DNA of 64,000 nt, from contig CM119372.1 of NCBI GenBank assembly GCA_051294905.1, forward strand, positions 36,334,001 through 36,398,000. Reading direction: 5' to 3'. The notes under the pieces are model-generated. The model ran no database searches. It had not been told where the DNA came from and saw only the letters and a program-made list of their open reading frames with translations. Shown piece after piece: positions 26,262 to 38,814 of the stretch. Origin of the DNA: Botryllus schlosseri (lineage: Eukaryota). Both the position numbers and the translations under genes were made by a program. Within the stretch, counting starts at the first letter, position 1. The number at the start of each line of letters is the position of its first letter.

Positions 26262-28021
26262 GTATAGAGGAAAAGACATGGGCATAAAGTTTCAACAATT
26301 ATTGAACCTGATATGGTTGATCTGCATTTTTCTTCAACTATTTCTTATGATCAGGATATTGAATGCAAAACAAACAATAATAAATTCCACTTCTTTCCAA
26401 GTCTATTTGTAAATTCTATAAAGCAAAGAATATAATTAGTTCAGTACATGACAAAGTCAATGAGAAATAAACAATGCTTGTCGTTTTTAGGGGATGTTTC
26501 TGGGTTGAACCGATATACAGAGGTGGTTAGCAACGAAGTACTCATTTACCAAAGTACTCGAGTCATTATATGTTTAGGCTACTTCCACTTCTGCTTGACA
26601 CTCTTTAGTTAGGCCCTACTTTCTTGTCAGACTGTGGATTTTGTAAACTAGAAACTAGTTTTGGCGCATGATTGCATCCCATTTAAGCGCGTGGTTGTCA
26701 TAACAAATGGAAATAGCTCAACAATCAAAGTTGTCCAATGTCCAGGTCTCTAGAGTATCTGGGCATTCGTATTGGTGTATTGATCACGTTACATCTGTTA
26801 ATTTTCATCTTATTTCATTATTATAGAAAGCCTAGCCGTAATCGTGTGATAAGCTCTTTCGCGTAATGAAATTTGCAACGAAATGTAGTAATTTTCATGT
26901 TCATATAATGTGGAATTAGATTCGATGGAAATTTAAACGTAACACGAAAATTCAGTAAATGCGAGATGGATATGGGCCAGTGTGTAGGCTAGCGTACAAC
27001 CGATGAATGAGGTATAGGTCCAATACAGAGTCGTATATGGACAATTCCCGGCTTTTCTATTACATCGCAGTGCTGTGATACATTGAAATGGTATGAAGAA
27101 ACGCATGGGTGGTGTTCGCAAATTTGGTCAGAATTTGAAGATTATGAACCTCTCAGGGCTTAGCATAATTAACAATTCATGTTAAACTCGATCTAGCCAA
27201 GAAGTCTCAAACACGCGCCCCGCGAAATCATTTTGTGTGGCACGCGCAAGCATTTTTGATTTTCAAGTATGCGACAATAATGAACTGTCACACATATTTG
27301 TTATATTTGGGAGTTTAAAATTCACTCCAAAAGACTGCTTCAAAACCTCGTCCAACTTTAATATCGCGACATTGCCATGCGGTGGAAGATCTGATATTAC
27401 GTCAAATTACCTGTTCATGATAATAAAAAAGGACCCGTTGATGATTCGTGACTGAAAAGTGTGATTTTGACTGATGCAAAATTAAAATGAAACCAGGGGA
27501 GTCGGTTCAAACGTTAAAATCAGAGAAGGACTTGTGACTTGGACCGCCGTGGGTTCATAAAACCATGGATGCAACAAACGCAATTAAACTATCGTGAGGA
27601 ATATGAATAGCTGGAGCAAGTTTAAGTTGCACTAAAATCGCGAGAAAGCTGCACATAAATTTGACAAAAGTTGCAGTAAAAAGTTGCATTTATAATTATT
27701 GTTGAATAAGTAGGGTATGAGATACTCAAAAGGTTCCGTTGCATAGCCTAGCTCCTGCAGATCTGTCGAATTTGTTACTGTGCCATTTCACGGACATTCC
27801 GGCGAGACCACAAAAATATATTTTTTCTTGGTACACAGCACGAAAATGATGCAATGTGGGAATAATTTTCTAATTTTCTAAAAAAAAATTCAACAGCATA
27901 GCGATAATCCATCTCCCTAAAACAAGTCAAATAACACACTCCAAACTCCTTAGGTCTGCAAACTTGACCCGAGGCATTGCAGAAAAACTCACTATTGGCG
28001 ACTTTAACAAAATCAATAGCC

Positions 28022-28313
28022 GGTGAAGTGGCGAGATAGCGCAGTGGTATAATCTGCGGCTGCAACACCAATGGGTGCGGGTTCGAGTCCGACCGAGGTC
28101 GACTTCCGAATTCCGGTACCTAATGAGTGTCGGAGGTTTACCTAGGCTCCTCCTCGCCACCTCATCCGCGTCAGCGGTGTCTTACAAAAAGCCTAGATGT
28201 GGGCCGTGCTATAAGTCGGCAGTTACGGAAAATAGGAAGAATATCGGCCTGGTGTAAATGACCATAGTAGTCGACAAACACCATGAATACCCCAAAAACA
28301 AACAAACAAAATA
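28022..28313 (+). mobile_element. tRNA-derived SINE (copy 1)
   Basis: A box TAGCGCAGTGG, B box GGTTCGAGTCC, ~200-nt body, (CAAA)n tail, flanking AATAGCC duplication. Highly similar to 30211-30493. Confidence 0.85.
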
Positions 28314-29144
28314 AATAGCCTGAAAATGGGTGACCCAGTGAAAATGCAATTTTTGGCGGTCTAGCCTTGACGTTTGTGAAATGGGAAACTATCTTAAATT
28401 TAAACGATAGAATTACTTCGACGATATTTTTACATATTGTTCGGACACGGTCGTGCTTGACAGAGATAGTTGAACTTCTTGCTTGCAAGCCATTGTGTCA
28501 TAGCTAACAGTGAGCTGGCTCTAACTCATCATATAGCTCTTTGTTATGCCAATCAAAGAGAATAGAACCAACTAGAAATAGTTTATAGCATGTTTTTAAA
28601 TCACTCCTTTGCATTTTTACGCAATATTTGATAAAAGTTGCAGTAAATGTTGCATTGCAGAATAGAGGAAAGTTGCAAAAAGTCGCACTATAAAATTCCT
28701 CTAAACAGCTTAAAACATCATAGAACGTAGATTCTGAGTATCGGGGAAGCTGTCGGAAGCCCTAGTTAGCCTATATCAAAACATCGTAGCGAGTGTTGCG
28801 AAGCGTAGCGGATTTCGCTATCTAAGCAGGTCGGAGGTCGGTATGGCAACCATTCGCATGCTGTTGCCCCCTGAGAGACCAGATATATCTTAGGTCTCTC
28901 TATCCGTGTTATTATCGCCAGTAAACAAAGCGGTACGGTAGACAGCTGTAACACCGATGGATCGTCAGGCGATTGAACATTTCATTAGTATGACAAATTA
29001 ATTTTGTATTAATGTTGGTATTTCAGTATTCGAAATTAATCTAACGCTGATTTAATTTGACTTTGGGGATGACATGATCAATAGCCTACTTATCGGGAGT
29101 ATCACCGAAACCGGGATTGGGCTGCACTGCTCAAATGCTGTGAT

Positions 29145-29892
29145 CAGAGCCGTAACAGCACTTAGTCACCCCCCCCCCAAAAAAAAACGTTGGTCCATGG
29201 CCCCCCATAGGGTGATAATACGAACTTCTGGGGGCCTTCGCCCCCCAGACCTCCCTCATCCTATGCGCTGTTTACCGCTCCATATCATCTACATTGGGTG
29301 TCGGTTTAGTCACGTCTAAACGCCAAAAGCGCAAAAAAATTCCATAATTCATGGCTGAATCGGGCAATATTATTGGGAATTGCATATATATTGCTATCAA
29401 TTTTTATCCTCTCTCTGCTCACGTAATCAGATTTACCGGTAGAGCTGAGTGAGGTGTGTTTGAAAAGGTAGGACCCCTCAATAATAATTATTAATAATTA
29501 AACATCTCCGGGTGTATTGTGTACCTGTCGGCGGGAACGAAACAGCACTTCGTCAGCCCCCCTTCCAATAAAGCTTGAGTCTTGGGCTGCCATAGGGTAA
29601 TAAACCGCCCTGCCATCACGTTGTTCGCTTTTGCCACGAAATTAAAGATGTACTGCTTAGTGAGCCAGCGCGAAGGGCAAAAACTTTCGATATTACATGA
29701 TAAAATCGGTCAATAAGATCGGAAATCGCATGTATATTGCTATCAATTTGTTGTCCTCTCTGCTCACGTAATCAGATTTACCGGTAGAGCCCGTAAATAA
29801 TAATTAAACATCACGGAATAATTCACGGAATAATTTTGGGCCCCCTTCGAGCTCGCCCTCCCCCCAATTGAGGGGTTTGGGGTGCGGCCCTG
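29145..29892. mobile_element. Inverted, shorter copy of the 3341-4616 hAT-type element
   Basis: Reverse-complement similarity to 3341-4616, TSD GCTGTGAT/ACTCTGAT. Confidence 0.75.
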
Positions 29893-30210
29893 ACTCTGAT
29901 ATCATATACATCATTGGTAAATTCTAAAATATTCTACCTATAATTGTGGCCCATCAAATGTCCGCTAGCTGCCAAATTGTCACGCGACAGTTTTTACGGT
30001 CTCATGATGCGTTGTCACGTTGCATTTTGTCTATATCTCATCATTTTGCCAAGTTATACCAAACAACAACAATTTTATTCAAATATTGAGGATGTGTTTA
30101 TGTTCGTGTCAGGCGTGAATATTATTATGATATTACATCGCACGATGTGTTTGGAATGCCATTCTACAAGGTCCCGTCAAATAAGGCGTATACTTCGATA
30201 TACATTGAAT

Positions 30211-30493
30211 GGCTGTGGCGAGATAGCGCAGTGGTCTAATTCGCGGCTGCAACACCAATGGGTGCGGGTTCGGGTCCGACCGAGGTCGACTTCCGAATTC
30301 CGATATCTAAGTGTTGGAGGTTTACCTAGGCTCCTCCTCGCCACCTCATCCGCGTCAGCGGTGTCTTACAAAAGCCTAGAGGTGGGCCGTGCTGTAAGTC
30401 GGCAGTTACGGAAAATAAGAAGAATAACGGCCTGGTGTAAATGACCATATAGTAGTCGACAAACACCATGAATACCCCAAAAAACAAAAATAA
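30211..30493 (+). mobile_element. tRNA-derived SINE (copy 2)
   Basis: Same A/B boxes and body as copy 1, 9-bp TSD ACATTGAAT (30202-30210, 30494-30502). Confidence 0.85.
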
Positions 30494-30679
30494 ACATTGA
30501 ATTGAGGAATTTCTCCCGGCTTTGGCTACACTTAGGGGCTCTCAAACGGTGAGTCAGATGAGCATTTTGAGGTGCGTCACACAGCTATTTGGAAAATCGT
30601 GGAATTGGTAAAAGTCTCGGGGTTTTATTGGACTCGGACATGTCCTGGAATAGTCATATTCAGTCCCTAGACACTAAAT

Positions 30680-31382
30680 CAGGGCTGGCCAACCTTTTCA
30701 GCCAAAGGGCCACATTCGATTGACGAAATATTGCGCGGGCCACTTACCGCGCGAAGCGCGAATTTTTTTTGAAGTTCATAGGTCAATAATATTGTCACTT
30801 GAGTATATTGCGGGCCTGCCGTATATCGCTGGGCTAAGTTTGCGAGGACTGGGCTATTCGGCGCATGGACATATCGATATCGAAAGCTGCGACCAACATG
30901 CGTCAATCTTTCCGTGCCTAGGTTTCATAGTCAACGATCTTACTGCGAGCGCAAACGCAAGGTCGCATATGTTGAACGACACTTTGTCCCGTATTCGCGA
31001 ATATAGTTCGACTCAATCTGATACATTAGGCGTTCTTCCATTTTCACAAAAAGGGCAACAATATTAAAAACAAGGAATCAAGTTACAACATGTTGCGCTA
31101 AGCTTGTAGAAAATTTTTACTTTTGATAAATCCATCGCAAATTATTCTGCTTTTTGTAGTGTTCGAAGATATACCAATATGTGACTGGCTGATGGATCTG
31201 TCAATGCATCGGAACCGATATTTTAGTCATCACATCTCAAGTGTTGCGGCCAAACTCATCTAATTTTTGGTTGGCCTTGCAAGTTCACAATCTGTGCAAT
31301 CCATTTTTGATATTAGAAATTTCGGAAATTACCTCGCGGGCCACTCAAAACCTTCTCGCGGGCCACGGGTTGGCCGGCCCTG
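30680..31382. mobile_element. Charlie-type hAT MITE
   Basis: TIRs CAGGGCTGGCCAACC / GGTTGGCCGGCCCTG, perfect TSD CACTAAAT. Confidence 0.85.
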
Positions 31383-31389
31383 CACTAAA

Positions 31390-31730
31390 TTATCACCGAA
31401 GTGCGGCCTGTTCTACAGCCTTGGGCGCTTCATGCCAGCCTGGGTTCTTATGATACTCTTTAAATCCTTAATCCAATCGAAGTTACAATATGGCATCCTT
31501 TGTTGGGTGGCTGCCCATAAAACTGCACTCGAGCCACTGCAAAAACTACAACGTAAGGTACTCCGTATCATAGCTAGAGCCCCACGGGGGCCTGGTTGTC
31601 CATCCAACAAGTCGCTGCTGAAGAGATTCGGTGTCCTAAACATAGAAGATATGCGAAAACTAGAAATCGCCAAGTTTATGTATCAGTTCCACTGCGGTCG
31701 TTGCCCCAAATAATTCAATGACTTTTTTAC
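31390..31730 (+). mobile_element. CR1/L2-group LINE ORF2 fragment related to 1360-1700
   Basis: LIQSKLQYGILCWVAAHKTALEPLQKLQRKVLRIIARAPRGP...RFGVLNIEDMRKLEIAKFMYQF, clearly homologous to 1370-1690. Confidence 0.8.
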
Positions 31731-31844
31731 CTAGGGGTTCTTGATTTCATTATGATTAGTATGAGAAAAATGTGCATATTTTAGAGAAACAGGCATAGCA
31801 GCGCCGACAATTACCACGCATTGAACGGGACTATGACTCTAGGT

Positions 31845-32980
31845 CAGTGGTTCTTAACCTGGGGGTAATTTTCCATTTCTGGGGGGTAATTCAAAGTGAC
31901 GTTTTTTATATAGGCTACTTATAACGCTGCACTGAAGTATTTTCAAACTTATATATGAATGTATGCTGACATACATTTTTGCGAGCTTGTATATATTTCG
32001 TTTCACTTAACACACCATGCCTGCTGAGATATCATAGAAACTATTAGTGAATATGAATAACAGGGCCGAATGTAGTTTAGTATAGTGCTAGGTAAGTCCA
32101 ATTTATTTTGCTGTAGTGCGGACTGCGGATTATACATTTTTGCGCATGCTGGCAAATTGAAACACAAGGGGCGTCCAAGTTTAGCTTTACACCTATAATC
32201 AAGTTACAATAAAGTAGAAGTAGGCCTATAGTTGTTAGTATTGAAAAGTGTAGTGGTCTAGTCTAGCCAGTAAAATTAAGTCTGAAATCATCAAAAATGT
32301 ATTCGAAGAAACGAGGGGAAGATTTTGAAACCTTTGGGTTTGCCTTCAAAATGAATAACCAATCTTTGTTATTATGGCATTGAACTTTCTGATTGAATTT
32401 CCTTCAACTTATTGCTGTGAAGTAGGATTTTCTGCAATGGTATCTATCAAAACGAAATAAGTTTGCTATTGACAATTACATGAGATGATGTCTGTTATCC
32501 TCCCTTTGTGTAGATTTGACCACTGGATAACACGAAAAGAGCATCAGCCTTCCAAGAGAGAGAGAGATATGATATTCTTTCTCGCCTGCACCATCGAGAT
32601 GCTTTGGCGACGGAATTGCGATACGGCCCCATGAGGTCATCTAGTCTGCGCCCCCGTTTTTTCTTCTCCTCCAAGCTATCCGTGATTGCTGAGCGCCTAG
32701 CAGGATAGCTGCGGATACCATTTTTCGAGTCTTTGGTATGACCCGGCCGGGGATCGAACCCACGACCTACCGCTCGAGAAGCCGGACGCATAACCATTAC
32801 ACTATCTCCAATTGAATTGATATTTCTAACAGGCCTTTCAGGGTACATTATGACGTCATCCTTGTGTTGTTTTACAATTAATTGAGTGCAAGCTGTAATT
32901 TGTTATTTTTGAAAAGGGGTCATTGCATCCCATAATTTTCTTCTTGGGGGTAACGATATGAAAAAGGCCAAGAACCACTG
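31845..32980 (+). mobile_element. Charlie/Buster-type hAT derivative with a transposase remnant, hosting a SINE
   Basis: TIRs CAGTGGTTCTT / AAGAACCACTG, perfect TSD CTCTAGGT. 32398-32460 reads FPSTYCCEVGFSAMVSIKTK* (hAT dimerisation motif). An adjacent MITE at 32995-33142 has TSD GTCTAGGA. Confidence 0.85.
32555..32809 (-). mobile_element. tRNA-derived SINE with a Meta-domain-like central region
   Basis: Minus strand: A box TAGTGTAATGG, B box GGTTCGATCCC, then GGGTCATACCAAAGACTCGAAAAATGGTATCCGCAGCTATCCTGCTAGGCGCTCAGCA (MetaSINE-like core) and a (TC)n tail. A degenerate head lies at ~37850-37945. Confidence 0.75.
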
Positions 32981-34600
32981 CTCTAGGTCTAGGACAGTGG
33001 TTCTCGAACTTGGGGGCGTGAAAGCATCTGAAGGGGGGCGCGAAGCTGCGGTCAACTGAAATTTACCTCTAATTCATTGTTAATACTCTGTGTATAGTCC
33101 TAATTTCATATTTGAGAATCTGAAAAAGTTTGGGAACCACTGGTCTAGGATAAGAGGTAGGCCACAGAACATTTTGAAACCGGTAACTGCGCCACGACCA
33201 GAAAAAGGCTGAGAACCTCTGGGCTAGACATTTGAAACGAGGAGTCCTGAAATATTCGGTGGGGCAAAAAAATCACGCCATTTTCGTAGAAATATCGAAA
33301 TATCCTATTAAGATCGAAAATTCACAATTTATTTTCCTCAGTTGGTATCACGATCGTTTCAAAACCCAGAAGATTCTGATACAGTGTTAAGATGTGCAGT
33401 GCACAAGTCGTGGTGACAGCATCAAGTCCACACCATCCATTGTATCAAACTGAACACAGAAGCATGTAATCGTAATGTATTCGACTGAAATTTCAGAAGT
33501 TACATCACAATGCACAACGCTATGATCAGCATAAACATTGTTATTCACAATGCTACTACAAAACATGCAGTGCAGAGAGGTTTGTCCGCATATACTGTGC
33601 ATGTACCTGTAACTCAGATAGGTGTTATTTATATGAAACTTGGCAAAATTGGCCCGTATTAACTCCGTTTGAGGACCCATCACAATGCACGTCGTCACGC
33701 AAACTGATCATCGCAACTCAAAAATAGCTCTTGCTGGATTGATGAGTAAATCGAGCATAACAGTTTATTCTCGTACCAGATAGTTTCACTACGAATGATA
33801 TAGCCCCGCCCTGTCAGAGGTGGCAATGTTATGGCTGGCGGCCTATGCCCAAGATTTGCGAGTTAGCTGCACCATCTCGGTATGTGATTGTTTGCAACAG
33901 CGGTAATTATCGTCGATATATGGGGATAAGGCGGTTATAGGGTGTCTGACAGTCATAAGAGGTCACTAACAAAGTACCATACTACTTTTTCAGATTGCTC
34001 AAGTAGGATTTGTCTTTATTTCACATATTGGATTTTGAAAAATTAAATGCAGTTTTGGATCTGGGATAAGTTTGCATTGTCATAATAGCTGCTTTAAATT
34101 GTACCAACAATTAAATATATTTTGTATATACACCTACTTGTAGTGTGATAGCCATTTTGCGTTAGTAACAAAGATACATCTTTCAATTTGGAAAGTTGCC
34201 ACCTCCGACCCACTGCAGAAAATAGGCTAAAACTCGACCAAATCTATTTCTGGCACCACTGCGTCTGCGTTGATACTTTCAAGACATTCATTCTCCACTT
34301 CCAATTAAAGTAGTTTTTCTAGTCATGGACATGGACATTGCTGCTTGGACTTGAAATTGAATAGACGTTTATGGCATTACTACTCAAGTGCCAACGCTGA
34401 CTACTTTGACCACTCCTGATGACTGTTGATATCGGTACATTACCAGTCCCATTATTTTTTTTTAATATGGAGCGACAGTTATCAGATTATTGCACAGGAT
34501 AACACATAATTCTTCTCGCTATACAGTATAATCCACCATCATATAAAATGCATACGATCAATTCATCATCATGTCACCATAATATGTTGCCAAATCATAC

Positions 34601-36757
34601 CTACTGGGTATTACACAACAGCAATAGATTCTGAACCGCATTTAATGTCGATTGGTCATTCTGTCCTGTGATCAAATGTTTGTCTATTACTGTATGGACG
34701 CCGTTCGCTTGACTCGACGTGTACGAAGCGAGATGGTCCCTCGCAAATTCTTCAAACACGATGGGTAAATCGGAAAAGTCTCGCCTTCGAATCAGATTGT
34801 ATATCGACGGCCCAGTTAAACTGTATCCTTTGAAACACCACAAGTTCGATTCGTCACGACCTGCTGCGAGCGCCGCCACTCCGTATCCTATCGCGCAGAT
34901 CGGTTTCTGGTGTTTTACAAAATGGCGTAGAATGTGCATCACAGAGTCGTGTTTTGCCAAATCATGCATCGCGCCTGGCGCGCTCGGAATCAACAACGCT
35001 GAAAATCTGGAGGGATCTACAGAGAGAGAGAGAAAATAAGTTCTACTCATGTACTCAATATCACAAAATAAAAAGAAAGAACAAAAGCATCAGATACGTA
35101 ATTCAAACTTGAAGTGCTCCATGGAGGTACAAAACTTCAACATACAACTGAATAATAACTTCATATTGAAATAGAACTGAATATTTTTGGCTGACACAAG
35201 ATGGTACACAAACTCTTTCTATTGGTACCAACTAGGTTGGCGTATTGTGGGGACAAGATTGTTGTTATTATCCAATGTTCTTTCCAATTCTCTGCTAGCT
35301 GCTGCCGATTACACCTGACGAGTATCAGTCAAAAATATTCATGTCTATTTCAATATGAATACAATATTCAGTTGTAATTTAAACTACAAATGACACAGAA
35401 GAGATCAACTAGACGCAGAAGGGTAATACAGTTGAAAGGGAGAATTGTGATATAAAATGTACATTGTACAATGGTAACCAGGGGGCTGTGGCCGAAATCA
35501 GGGGTTGCACGATGCATTGTGGAGATATATTTTGATCATCGGAACGAAATACGCTGGCTAACATGCATACTGACAGTACTAGTTCTGTCTGTCTGTTCAT
35601 AATAGGAATACGGTAGGGCTACCATATCTTGGAATCGGGAAGGGAGGACACTTTTTACAAATTTCCAGACTTAGAATTGTGGAGAAAAATTCGGAAACAT
35701 GGTAATTTTCACCCGAATTTGTGGTTGCTTGACTAAAAAAAATCGTCACTTACATTCAAACCACGAATTTCCTGTTTTGCGTCATTTAGGGCCTAGCTCA
35801 AAAAGCTGTAGAGGAGGACGAATTGCCGAAAAGGAGGACATTTAGGCGACCTCGGAGGACATTTTCAAAAACCAGAAAAAGGAGGACAAATCCTCCCAAA
35901 GGAAGACGTATGGTAACCCTATTTCACTCATCTCACCAGTCACCATTCACACAATACCCGAGGCTCTTCTATGAATCTATTCTTACCCCGAGAACATCCT
36001 AAGACTATCAGTTTCCAAGGTCCTCGTATATGGAACTCCATTCCACCCCATATTAAAGATAAACCACTCCATATCTTTGAACAAATGTTTCACGAATATC
36101 TTGTAGGAAAATATGAACATTCTTAATAAATGTGTCAATCAGCATCTCTTTGCCTAGTTTGTGTTCCTGTAGCCAGTGCAATTGTTTTATCTCGTCTATT
36201 CAGGTTACCTACTGTTATCCCACTTAGTTTTTCATCTGTTTCTGATACATTGCGTATATGTTATATTTTTTGCTTGCAAATGTGTTATATTATGTGATAA
36301 GTTTCATATTACAACCATCCTTTCAGGCTGTAGCTGACTTGATGATCTCCCGATCCCTTCGCTACAGCCTGGTTCTGAATTATATATACTTTGCTTTGTA
36401 TTTATCTATATGTGTATTATCAATGTTCATGGACCGAATAAATTCTCTCTCTCTCTCTCTCTCTGTAGCTTTTTCAACTTTTCGAGGATTCAATAATATA
36501 GTTATGATAGAAGGTTTTAAATACGCACCTACAGACTCCACTTGTCCAGGAGACGTGTAAGATTTCGACTGAAAATCGGCGACCCATTTTCTGCTGTTTT
36601 CGTCTTGATCGACGAAATTTACAGGTAATCCTTGCGGTGTCGCAACATGCAAAACGAACACGGAATTTGCGATGGTGTATGCGTGGATGAACGACTGCGC
36701 GCCGACTCCCTCGGTGTGTCCGCTGCACAGAACTAGACAAGCGGGCTTAGAACTCAT
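34601..36757 (-). CDS. GATD1: Glutamine amidotransferase-like class 1 domain-containing protein 1 (PDDC1/FERRY5; DJ-1/PfpI superfamily), 214 aa
   Basis: Exon 36757-36529 (MSSKPACLVLCSGHTEGVGAQSFIHAYTIANSVFVLHVATPQG...GQVESV), a phase-1 GT-AG intron, then exon 35016-34601 (DPSRFSALLIPSAPGAMHDLA...KPICAIGYGVAAL...GYSLTGPS...VHTVIDKHLITGQNDQSTLNAVQNLLLLC). 645 nt in frame. Confidence 0.95.
35110..35373. mobile_element. Penelope-like inverted element (copy B) in the GATD1 intron
   Basis: Same arms and tail as copy A, degenerate CTGACGA..AAAA core, flanking GTAATTCAAACT/GTAATTTAAACT duplication. Partial copy C lies at ~36790-36930. Confidence 0.7.
35614..35921. mobile_element. hAT (Blackjack-like) MITE, TAGGGTTACCATA family
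   Basis: Termini TAGGGCTACCATA / TATGGTAACCCTA with GGAGGACA subterminal repeats. Other copies at ~58066-58405 and ~62267-62656. Confidence 0.7.
35922..36463 (+). mobile_element. Old LINE 3' end with AATAAA and a (TC)n tail, in the GATD1 intron
   Basis: HHSHNTR..TISFQGPRIWNSIPPHIK-like remnant followed by a UTR ending AATAAATTCTCTCTCTCT. Confidence 0.55.
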
Positions 36758-37589
36758 TTTCTGAAACGCAAAATTACCATGCAAGAGTATCTTGGATGTA
36801 CAGAACTTCAATATACAACTGAATATTAAAGCCATATATATTTAAAAAAATATATATATATTTTCAGCTGGAACTCATCAGGATTAGCGATATTCGTAAG
36901 TAAAACTAGTGGAGAAATGGACAGAATGTTTTATATCTAGTCGTATCTCCAAATGAGATTTCACATAATAGTAGCAAGGGTTGATTGTCTTTGTACTACA
37001 ACAAATGTTAATTATTTCTACCATAATGCGTGATGTAACTACTGGAATTCTTCATAGGGCCAGATGTGGTCAAAATACAAGTTTTTTCGAAGCGACCATA
37101 TATAAATCTTTCAAATCTCAATGATGGCCTATTATTTATGATAATACACGGACTACATTACCATTCACCGTTATAGCGCAACATGCAAAACATCAAATTA
37201 CTCCTTACAGCTTCAGTAGACTGCATTATGACCCAATCGCTTCGCTGTAGCTTCATCTAGCAATTACATAGGACTATGTCACTTTGCATTCAATACATCA
37301 ACATCAATACCATATGCCTTTGTACATTTCATATCACGATTCTTATGTTTTGATCTTCTCATCCTTCCCTACCATGAGCGGTCAGTATTTTTTCGAATCA
37401 TATGTAATATGTACCTGAAGTGTTTTGTTACCGGTACTTTTTTGCAAGTGCATGACGTGCAGTGCATATGCCGATGCACAAGCAACTAGGAAGGTTCAGA
37501 AATTGGCTGTAAGGCTCTTAAGTCCTGTACCACTCACCCCTACTGGCCGTGGCCAGCTGAACGCTAAGCAGGGCCAATATCAATCAGTT

Positions 37590-37815
37590 TATTAATATTT
37601 TCATCATTTCAAAACATCACATGACTGCGAGACAATGAAAAGATAGGAAGGTGTCGAAACAACTTGGAGTAGCCTTCAAGATCAGACACCCACCTTAGCC
37701 GAGCCTATAGGCAAGGTGGGTGTCAGATTTCAAAGACTACTTCAAGTCATTTCGACACCTTCCTATCTTTTCATTGTATCGCAGTCTTGTGGAGTATTAA
37801 AATCATGAAATTGTT
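37590..37815. repeat. ~110-bp-arm palindrome of the GGCAAGGTGGGTGTC family
   Basis: The arms are imperfect reverse complements around GCCTATAGGC (~37703-37712). It may be two element ends abutting. Confidence 0.7.
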
Positions 37816-38814
37816 ACTAATAATAAATTGATGGAAGACACGGTAAAGAGTTTCATTTATCAGGTCATTATTGGTCTGACCAGGCCGGGGATTGAAACCT
37901 CGACCAATCGTTCAACAAGCCAGGCGCTCCACTATCGCGGTATCTTGTCTGCAACTCAACATGAGCCTGAACAGGCCCAACTAATCTGTGGTTTTAAGGG
38001 CCAAGGTTTGGGATGGGATATCGCTGGGGGATAGGTTAGGTTTATTTACAAACGTAAATGACGGCGGATGGCGCAAAAGAGCTAGAAATCGAGCAGGAGA
38101 CATTCAGTTCGGTCCCATTCACATATCATTAGCCAGCTTATTACACAATGTGTCTTCATTACATCCGCTAGTAATATTATATGACCGTCAATTTCCAACA
38201 CGACGATATTGCAATACAATGAAAAGATAGATTACGCTCGAAATCCTTGGCTCACAAATTGTAATAAAATAATACAACAACAAAAAATACCAGTTCTGTC
38301 GAACCTCCGTCACTCCGAATCATCACACCTTTGGGATGCTATGAAAGAATCGAAACACTCCATTGAATAAAATTGCCCGGAAGACTTTCGCTGCTATTTT
38401 CACCTGATCAATGTAAGTTGAAATGGATTAAACCTAAAAATATCATTACGACTCGTACCTTCCCCAATGACCCGCTTGCTATATTCTCTATTTTCCGTAC
38501 ATTTCCAAATGAAGGTATGGAAAACTAATTTCGCGTTGTAGATTAGATTCACAGCAACCATTCAAAGTTCAAACCAGATACGGAACGGACTGAAATACGG
38601 AGTAAACTCTGACCTCTATACAGCTCAGTGAATCCGACATGCAACATGATAATAAAAATATTTAATCATAATAACGGGTCCAGCTTAGTGAGCTTACCAG
38701 CCGTGTTGTGTATTACCGACCGTATATAGTACGTATTTCCGCGCTATTTTGTAACTTTGAATTCCACCATAGCGTCGTCTGGATAGATTCATCAGATTTG
38801 CCATTTTCACCCGT

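Noticed and set aside
28029..28100. Possible tRNA genes (also ~30215-30285 and ~32740-32809)
   Set aside because: A/B boxes are present but there is no complete cloverleaf or acceptor stem. Each continues into a SINE body and tail.
29944..30444. 166-aa ORF
   Set aside because: The second half is SINE sequence. Chance open frame.
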